Source: an uncultured Candidatus Saccharibacteria bacterium
GTDB lineage: Bacteria; Patescibacteriota; CAZHWT01
Length of the DNA stretch: 64,000 nt
Assembly (NCBI GenBank): GCA_964554805.1
Contig: CAZKPX010000006.1
Location: 11,356-75,355 of the forward strand
Reading direction: 5' to 3'
A program made the translations under genes and the position numbers. Below are positions 57,894-64,000 of the stretch, piece after piece (position 1 is the stretch's first letter; each line of letters starts with the position of its first letter). The notes below the pieces were generated by a model that worked only from the letters and a program-made list of their open reading frames with translations, did no database searches and had not been told where the DNA came from.

Positions 57894-60320
57894 ATGCTTG
57901 CCCGTAAGCCTAAAATAATGCTGATGCTTATTCGGAAGTCGCTTCTTAAAAAGCTAACTTTAATTGCACTATCTACTATTGTTTTGGCTAGCATAGCTCC
58001 TTTATCTACCACCCAGGCTGATTCGGATCCATCATTTCAATGGTCGGAGTCTTCCATGCCGCCCATCGGTCGATTGGCAGCGCAATGGAGAGGGCTCTCG
58101 GTTAGCAGTGATGGGCAGGTGATTATCGCTGGTGCGGCTTATGGCAGAGTCTATGTCTCTCGTGATCGAGGTGATACCTGGAATGAGGTTCGGCCTGCTG
58201 GAGACACAACCAAAGAATGGCAAGGTATTGCTACTAGCGGTGATGGGCAGACGATGATGGTAGGCGTAGCTCACGGCAGTGGTTTGGGTAGACTTTATCT
58301 TTCTAAGGATGCAGGCGCTAGTTGGATAGACCAGCCGTTGGCGGGAGATATAGACAGAAAGTGGCGGACAGCTTCTATAAGTTATGATGGGCAAACTATT
58401 TTTGCCGCTGATAGTGGCGGTAGGGCTTATTTATCTAGGAACGGCGGCGATGACTGGGTTGAGGTTCAGCCCAATGGAGATGCGAATAGAAGCTGGTACT
58501 CTTCGGGAATGAGTCGAGATGGGCAAATCATTGTAGCTGGGGTAGCTAGCGGCCGAGCATTTTATTCGAACGATAATGGAGTTTCGTGGATTGAGGTGCA
58601 GCCTCACGGAAATTCTAATCAAACATGGTATGCCGCCTCAGTGAGCGGCAATGGCCAATCGGTTTTGTTCGGTGGCAATACTGCGAGGTTGCACATTTCA
58701 ACGGATGATGCTCAAACGTGGGCACCAATCCCCTTTGATGTGGATACGGGTATGGCCTCCCTAGCTGTAGATATCGCTGATAACGGCACGATTCTAGCTG
58801 GTAGAGATGGGGGCATACCTTATATTTCTTATAACTTTGGACAATCATGGGCAATTGCTCCCGACCTTCCGTCGAGCTCTTGGCGAGCAGTTGGCATAAG
58901 CGATGACGGGCAAACGCTTGTAACTGGTGGTACAGCAGGATACCTTTATATATCCAAAGATGCTGGCATTAGCTGGCAATCGACTGGTCCTTTGGTACAT
59001 GATTCTGGCTTTATCTCAACTGCTGTTAATCATGATGGCCATGTCAAGATTGCTGGAACAGGTGGGCGCCTTTATCGCTCACTAAACAGAAGCAATAATT
59101 GGGCAGAGGTTAGGCCAGCTGGTGACAGCAATCAAACATGGTATACCGCCTCTATTATGACTGATGGTCAAACCATATTAGCTGGAAGTAACACGCGACT
59201 GTATCGCTCAATCGACGGCGGGGATAGTTGGTCTGAGATGCAACCAGCGGGTGATGTTAATAGAGTCTGGTTCACAACTTCTTTAAGTAGTGATGGAGAG
59301 ACTATATTAGCTGGTGTCAATAGTGCCAGTAATGGTCGCCTGTATCGTTCTGTTGATGGTGGAGTCACTTGGGGCGAAGTTAGGCCAGGAGGAGATACTA
59401 ACTATACCTGGCGGACCACTGCCATGAGTAGTGATGGACAGGTCATGCTGGCTTCAGTGACTGGTGGCCACCTTTACCGCTCTGTTGATAGTGGAGACAC
59501 TTGGTCTGAAATACAGCCAGAAAGCGATGCTGCTCAAACATGGAGGACCACCTCTATAAGTAGTGATGGGCAAGTAATGCTGGCTGGTCACACTGCTCGT
59601 TTATACAGATCTGTCAATGGTGGTAATGCATGGAGTGAGGTTCAACCTGCAGGTGATGCGGATGGTAATTGGCGAACATCTATGTCCTCCAGTGGTCAGA
59701 TTATGGTGGCAGCCTCTTATGGTGGTCGGATATACCGTTCAGTTGATGGAGGCGACACATGGAGTCAGGTGCAACCAGGCGGAGATATCAATTCTAACTG
59801 GCATCCTATTTCGGTGAGTGGTGATGGCCATACAGTCTTGGCTGGGGTAGATGGTGGTGGATTGTATCTAGGCGTCACAAGCCCTGCATCTCCTGTACTA
59901 ATGATTGTATCTGGCGCTCAATTTATTGCTGATTCAATGATTGCGCTGACTGGCACTGCTCCTGCTAATGCTACTGTTGAAGTTGAAGTCCATTCGACTC
60001 CTCAGTCTGGCACGGTTGTAGCCAATGGTAGCGGCCAATGGTCATGGATTCCTCCGCTAAAACTTGAACCAGGCTCTCATTCCTATAGGGCTAGGGTGAT
60101 TGATGGTGATGTTATTGGCGCTTGGAGTGTGTGGACGGAATTTCAAGTTTTAGCTGCTATAACCAACAATCCCTCTAATTCATCCAGTCAACAAATACCT
60201 AATACGGGATCTGATTCTTTGGTAATTCGCTATAGTGGCCTTGTATTACTGGGACTTGGTGTAGCTAGGTTTTATGTGATTTTAAGGCGCAAGCGGCTAG
60301 ATGCGCCTGAATTATATTAA
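57894..60320 (+). CDS. BNR/Asp-box beta-propeller surface protein with IPNTG sortase sorting signal
   Basis: At least 14 repeats of 'G(R)LY(R)SxDxGxTW(S)E(V)QP' (Sx[DN]xGxTW). Signal peptide. C-terminal 'IPNTG' + hydrophobic + 'RRKRL'. Confidence 0.75.
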   Translation: MLARKPKIMLMLIRKSLLKKLTLIALSTIVLASIAPLSTTQADSDPSFQWSESSMPPIGRLAAQWRGLSVSSDGQVIIAGAAYGRVYVSRDRGDTWNEVRPAGDTTKEWQGIATSGDGQTMMVGVAHGSGLGRLYLSKDAGASWIDQPLAGDIDRKWRTASISYDGQTIFAADSGGRAYLSRNGGDDWVEVQPNGDANRSWYSSGMSRDGQIIVAGVASGRAFYSNDNGVSWIEVQPHGNSNQTWYAASVSGNGQSVLFGGNTARLHISTDDAQTWAPIPFDVDTGMASLAVDIADNGTILAGRDGGIPYISYNFGQSWAIAPDLPSSSWRAVGISDDGQTLVTGGTAGYLYISKDAGISWQSTGPLVHDSGFISTAVNHDGHVKIAGTGGRLYRSLNRSNNWAEVRPAGDSNQTWYTASIMTDGQTILAGSNTRLYRSIDGGDSWSEMQPAGDVNRVWFTTSLSSDGETILAGVNSASNGRLYRSVDGGVTWGEVRPGGDTNYTWRTTAMSSDGQVMLASVTGGHLYRSVDSGDTWSEIQPESDAAQTWRTTSISSDGQVMLAGHTARLYRSVNGGNAWSEVQPAGDADGNWRTSMSSSGQIMVAASYGGRIYRSVDGGDTWSQVQPGGDINSNWHPISVSGDGHTVLAGVDGGGLYLGVTSPASPVLMIVSGAQFIADSMIALTGTAPANATVEVEVHSTPQSGTVVANGSGQWSWIPPLKLEPGSHSYRARVIDGDVIGAWSVWTEFQVLAAITNNPSNSSSQQIPNTGSDSLVIRYSGLVLLGLGVARFYVILRRKRLDAPELY

Positions 60321-60574
60321 AGGTTAAGCCTACCTGCTGACTATGGAGTATCAGACTTACCACTAAGCATTGAAGATACCGCACAAAGCGCAGTCAATAG
60401 AGCAAAGGAGGTACCCTAGTGACCAGCTGCTCTGGTCTGATGCGTTAAGCCGAGCAACGCAAAGCCATCACTGAATCTGGATCTATGGCTTGATCGGCTT
60501 TAAATATCTTTGAGGGACGATTTTCCAGACTATACTAAGTGTGAGGCTGTAGTTTTTTGTCGTAAATCTTCCAG

Positions 60575-60660
60575 CCACTCCAAAAGGTGTTCAAACTGTG
60601 AGTCATCCGGCTCACCAAAAGGGACATCGCGAAAGTGATGTCTTTTTTGTTGTTATAATA
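60575..60660 (+). repeat. family-C repeat copy
   Basis: ccagccactccaaaaggtgttcaaactgtgagtcatccggctcaccaaaagggacatcgcgaaagtgatgtcttttttgtt. Confidence 0.8.
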
Positions 60661-60762
60661 ATGAAAACTATGTCTGACCGAGTTCGATAATTTGACACTA
60701 AGAGGGATAATATCGAACTCTGCCAGCTATTCTACAGCTCATCTGTAATTTTTTGTAATAAA

Positions 60763-60816
60763 TACTGTACATTATGAGTACAGTATTATTGACATTTCTT
60801 TATAAATATGTAAAAT
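60763..60816 (+). promoter_or_regulatory. operator-like inverted repeat (TACTGTAC-N7-GTACAGTA) abutting a TTGACA-16-TAAAAT promoter
   Basis: IR at 60763-60785. -35 at 60789-60794. -10 at 60811-60816. The ATG lies at 60823, so the mRNA would be (near-)leaderless. Confidence 0.55.
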
Positions 60817-60822
60817 GAACTT

Positions 60823-61521
60823 ATGGCTAATATTACCTATGTAATAGAAAAATTAATAAAGCTTCGAGAGCAAAACAGCTATACTCAAGAAGAGATTGCG
60901 CAAACTCTCGGATTGAGCAGGCAGAGTTATATCCTCGTCGAAAAAGGTCAGCGAGATCTAAATACTCAAGAACTAGAGCTTCTTGCCGCCAAATACGGTA
61001 TTGATATCGCTGATCTCTTTGATGAAATTCCTAACCTAGAAAAGTTTAAGCAAATGTATTTTGTATGCTTGGAGTTCGCTGCTAATAGTCATGGGAATGT
61101 TACCAAAACTATGCTAGCGAAGCTCCTCTATCTTGCAGACTTTGCAAATTTTTATGAAGCACTGGAGCCTATGAGTGGGGTTAAATATCGTCGCATGGAA
61201 TATGGGCCAGTAGCAGATATTTTTTTCTCAATGACCGACGACTTGCTTGAATCGGGTAAGATTAAAGTGCAAGTGCTCGACCGAGGGGCACAAATGATAT
61301 CTCTTAACACCAGAGAGGCGAAGACTAATCTGCTTTCCAACGAAGAACTTGATCGCATAAAGACTATTTGTGAAGCATGGAAAGACAAGCCAACTCAAGA
61401 TATCATTAACTTCACTCACGAACAACTGCCCTGGAAAATGTGTCGTAATGGTGAGTATATTCCATACTCTCTTATCATACAGGAAGATCCAGAGCATGTT
61501 TACCAACCGCTTACCAGATAA
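60823..61521 (+). CDS. HTH-XRE + Panacea (DUF4065/SocA-like) domain protein; PanA-type antitoxin candidate
   Basis: N-terminal 'YTQEEIAQTLGLSRQSYILVEKGQRDLNTQELELLAAKYGIDIADLF' Cro/C1 HTH. C-terminal 'LAKLLYLADFANFY...EYGPVADIFF...EQLPW' Panacea pattern. Confidence 0.75.
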   Translation: MANITYVIEKLIKLREQNSYTQEEIAQTLGLSRQSYILVEKGQRDLNTQELELLAAKYGIDIADLFDEIPNLEKFKQMYFVCLEFAANSHGNVTKTMLAKLLYLADFANFYEALEPMSGVKYRRMEYGPVADIFFSMTDDLLESGKIKVQVLDRGAQMISLNTREAKTNLLSNEELDRIKTICEAWKDKPTQDIINFTHEQLPWKMCRNGEYIPYSLIIQEDPEHVYQPLTR

Positions 61522-61921
61522 TATCGATTACAGAGTAGTGTTTAGTGATTTTGCTCAAAGATACTTCATTAAACAATTTTCTAAGAATTATCCTGGTAAG
61601 CAGTGGACAATAACGCAAGATTCTATCTTTGAGCAGCTGAAGCGTGTTCATGCGATACAGAGCACTCAGCAGGTGGATGAACTAAAGAATTGTGCTGATT
61701 GCCTGCTCTTTAAATACGATTTTGCTGTTGCCAAGACTAATGTATCGGCAAAAGCCTCTGGGAACCGCTGTGTAATCTTCTTGGATAAGTTGACTCAACA
61801 ACAAACAATTCTGGTCCTGTATCATAAGTCGCATTTACCCAAGAATAAACACGAGAATCAGTATATTGATGCTGTCCTTAAGGACGAATTCCCTCAATTT
61901 TATGCTCGACTTCATGTTTAA
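61496..61921 (+). CDS. small toxin candidate (RelE/ParE-like features, unclassified) overlapping the Panacea gene end
   Basis: ATG at 61496 overlaps the upstream stop by 26 nt. 141 aa, basic. 'YRVVFSDFAQRYF...RCVIFLDKLTQQQTILVLYHKSH' is vaguely RelE/ParE-like. The six-frame ORF (61370-) would start earlier, but the internal Met fits the operon geometry. Confidence 0.45.
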   Translation: MFTNRLPDNIDYRVVFSDFAQRYFIKQFSKNYPGKQWTITQDSIFEQLKRVHAIQSTQQVDELKNCADCLLFKYDFAVAKTNVSAKASGNRCVIFLDKLTQQQTILVLYHKSHLPKNKHENQYIDAVLKDEFPQFYARLHV

Positions 61922-61994
61922 TGAGTGGGTATTGGTGGTGGATCAAGATCATCTTTGTTGATCTGTAGGCTCTCATATAAAATCTAGTCTCTGT

Positions 61995-62100
61995 CTTAAA
62001 CTCTCTAGCCACTCCAATAAAAGTTCGATATGAGCATCACTCAGGTCACCAAAACTCCCTCATCATCTTAGCAATAGTGGAGGAGGTTTTGATGTGTTGG
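61995..62100 (+). repeat. family-C repeat copy (degenerate) fused to family-D element at 62210-62330
   Basis: ccactccaataaaagttcgatatgagcatcactcaggtcaccaaaactccctcatcatcttagcaatagtggaggaggttttgatgtgttgg. Confidence 0.7.
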
Positions 62101-62459
62101 TCAGTATTTGAATCCTGTGAAGCAAGGGGGCGTAGCTAGGAAAGCCCTATTTAAACAACGATTCAAATAGTATTCCTTATCGCCACGAATCCGCCAGCTG
62201 ACGGAGAAGGCACCCTCCCCTCTCCTTGACCATTTCATCTTAGATAAGATTGTTAGCAGTCTATGGAAAATGAGCACCATTGATCTGGCAAGCAGAGGTG
62301 TTCTGAGATGCACACCCGGAAGGGGTGAGAAGATACAAGTGCGGGATAAACTTGGGTAGGAATGGTGGGTGGAGTGGTTGAGAGCGTGAGTGGAGGGCTT
62401 GGACAGGAGTGCTCTGGATGTGTAAACTGTATACTAACAGACAAGCACGCGCGCTTCTT

Positions 62460-64000
62460 ATGCTTTCTTTTAGATCTTTTTCACATGAGGCTCCTGGGCG
62501 AGTACGTCAGTATTTGTTTCAGAAAAAATACCGGTTTAACCGGCTAGAGCTTAACGGTTTGGTTGTCACTGCACTGTCTATTGGTGTGGTTATTGGCAGC
62601 TACGCCATTTTATCTAATCTTATCCCCCGACTTTTTGCTTTAAATGATACCGCTAAGGTGTGGCAGTTCGTGTCTGCGACAGCAGGTGATTACACAGCCT
62701 CATTGGTTGCCGTTAACAATGACGGGGCTAAGCCAACTGGTGGTGTGGTCGGAGCGAATCATATTTCTAATCCTAGCTTCACTTCTGATGTTTCGTCTTG
62801 GACTCCTGGGGCTGTGCCTCCTGAGGGTTGGGTTGAAGTGCCAGGTGACCCGAATTATGGTACTGATAACTTCCTAGTTATGCAGTATGAAGCTAAGTAC
62901 GACTGTACCGGGGATGGGATCGGTGACACTGCTGCTGCTTGTTCTGCTGCTGCAGATAGTGATCTTGGTCTGGACTGGCGGGACACTGATCAGGATCGCA
63001 ATAAGGTAGTCTCTACTCCTGAAGGCGCGCCAATTGTTCACATGACTTGGACTCAGGCTTCAACTGCTATTTGTCCGGTCGACACTCATTTAATTACCAA
63101 TGATGAATGGATGACCATTGCTCGCAACGCTGAAGCACAATCTCAAAATTGGGCTGATGGGGTGGTGGGCAGTCTGGTTTCTAATGGTGGCGGTATGTAC
63201 CGAGGCAACAGTGGTGAGAGCAGTTCGGTTGGCTATAACGGGGCTGATCCTGAGCATGGCACGGGTCGCGATACACGGGCGCGGTTGACGTTGTCTAATG
63301 GCACTCAGATTTGGGACTTGGCTGGAAATGTCTATGAATGGGTCAATTTTGATGCTAATGGCAATGGTATTTACAATGAGCCAGCGGATCAGATATCTGA
63401 GCAGGATCAGCCAGAGGCGACTGATGGGGCTGTAACTAGGACAGGCTATCAGTGGTCAGGCTTCACTTCGGCTGACCCGGCTAGTGATGGCGCTGGGGGA
63501 TTTTGGTATTTGGCTAATAACGGTAGTGGTGATTGGGGATATGACGACTTCCGACCAGCAAATAACACCTATTCTGCCTTGAACGGTGTGGGGCGTATGT
63601 ATCACAACTCAAACTCTGCTAATGCCACCAAAAACCGTGTTGTTCGCCGTGGTGGGTACTGGACGACTAGCTCCAGTGCAGGTGCTTTCACAGCCCATCT
63701 GCTTTATACAGCCGCGATCCAGACCAATACTGCAGGCCTGCGTTGTGCCAGTGATCCCGTAGGAATCTCCCAATCTTATTCTCCGTCCGTTGGCCGTCAG
63801 GCAACTCCAGCGAATACAGTCAACGCTGGGGCGTTGACTGACGCAAAAATTTTTCAAACGGTTAATGTTGGTTCGACCAACAGCTATACCTTGTCTGCCT
63901 ATGTGTATAACAATACGGTAGGCAATGAAGGTGGAGTCGTGAATGGTACGGTAGCGGGGCTTCGAGCTCATGGTAGTCAGGTGGCAACTACTTTCACTCC
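62460..64000 (+). CDS. membrane-anchored surface protein with FGE-sulfatase (formylglycine-generating-enzyme-like) domain; 3' partial
   Basis: Not in the ORF track because it runs off the window. Frame 3 is open from 62382 to the end of the window. N-terminal TM 'LVVTALSIGVVIGSYAIL'. FGE-family blocks 'MTWTQASTAICPVDTHLITNDEWMTIARNAE', 'GNVYEWVNFD', 'RVVRRGGYWTTSS', 'GLRCASDP'. An alternative ATG lies at 62418. Confidence 0.6.
   Translation, partial: MLSFRSFSHEAPGRVRQYLFQKKYRFNRLELNGLVVTALSIGVVIGSYAILSNLIPRLFALNDTAKVWQFVSATAGDYTASLVAVNNDGAKPTGGVVGANHISNPSFTSDVSSWTPGAVPPEGWVEVPGDPNYGTDNFLVMQYEAKYDCTGDGIGDTAAACSAAADSDLGLDWRDTDQDRNKVVSTPEGAPIVHMTWTQASTAICPVDTHLITNDEWMTIARNAEAQSQNWADGVVGSLVSNGGGMYRGNSGESSSVGYNGADPEHGTGRDTRARLTLSNGTQIWDLAGNVYEWVNFDANGNGIYNEPADQISEQDQPEATDGAVTRTGYQWSGFTSADPASDGAGGFWYLANNGSGDWGYDDFRPANNTYSALNGVGRMYHNSNSANATKNRVVRRGGYWTTSSSAGAFTAHLLYTAAIQTNTAGLRCASDPVGISQSYSPSVGRQATPANTVNAGALTDAKIFQTVNVGSTNSYTLSAYVYNNTVGNEGGVVNGTVAGLRAHGSQVATTFT

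Noticed and set aside
43537-62330. Family-C/D repeats as a CRISPR-like repeat-spacer array
   Set aside because: Repeat copies are 50-330 bp and heterogeneous. They are separated by kilobase-sized protein-coding genes and contain a tRNA-3'-like module, which does not fit CRISPR architecture.
42737-64000. Integrase/transposase expected for an integrative island next to tRNA-Lys
   Set aside because: No recombinase motifs were found in any frame across the accessory region. This is recorded as an absence rather than a feature.

Overview
This 64 kb window looks like a reduced, host-associated Gram-positive-type genome, possibly Candidatus Saccharibacteria or another Patescibacteria lineage. The lineage call is inference from gene content only, not from any marker gene.

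**Core-like part (1-42.7 kb).** A small housekeeping set sits among very large surface-protein genes:
- Housekeeping genes: trigger factor, ClpP, MurB, MnmA, RNase III, an HrpA-like DEAH helicase, a DnaQ-exonuclease/GIY-YIG fusion, a glutamine amidotransferase domain protein (GATase1), an MFS transporter, a YibE/F membrane protein, and tRNA-Val, tRNA-Leu and two atypical tRNAs.
- A translationally coupled pair of giant surface genes: a 1606-aa protein with at least six LamG/ConA-like lectin modules and a 1079-aa Thr/Gly-rich fibre-like protein.
- Two paralogous cassettes, each encoding a membrane-anchored inactive rhodanese-like protein followed by a giant vWA-domain surface protein.
- Several interlocking short repeat families that invade intergenic DNA and gene 5' ends: a 'GTCATTGCG...GGCAATCCAGGACAG' element, an 'AAAGGCAAAAGG' hairpin element, and 'TTAAGGTCGGACCTTAA' palindrome pairs.

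**Accessory region (42.7-64 kb), downstream of tRNA-Lys(CTT).** At least 10 copies of a composite structured repeat fragment this region. Each copy begins with a degenerate tRNA 3'-end module ('GGTGTTCGAACTGTGAGTCATCCGGCTCACCAAAA' plus a terminator-like hairpin). Some copies are joined to a second about 110 nt element ('GTCTATGGAAAATGAGCACC...GCACGCCCGGAAGGGGTG'). The repeats separate single-gene cargo units:
- a VOC/PhnB-like protein and a nucleotidyltransferase-fold protein;
- several secreted hypothetical proteins;
- a frameshifted polyprenyl synthetase;
- a class-II Fic protein;
- two sortase substrates (LPETG, and IPNTG on a BNR-type beta-propeller), a DUF1566 protein and a histidine phosphatase;
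- an HTH-XRE + Panacea (DUF4065) antitoxin-like gene overlapping an unclassified small toxin candidate;
- a partial FGE-sulfatase-domain surface protein.

No integrase, transposase or CRISPR array is visible.

The most promising leads for an undescribed system are the Panacea-domain toxin-antitoxin pair with its unknown toxin, the repeat-delimited cassette array next to tRNA-Lys with its candidate small RNA element, and the duplicated rhodanese-like/vWA surface cassettes.
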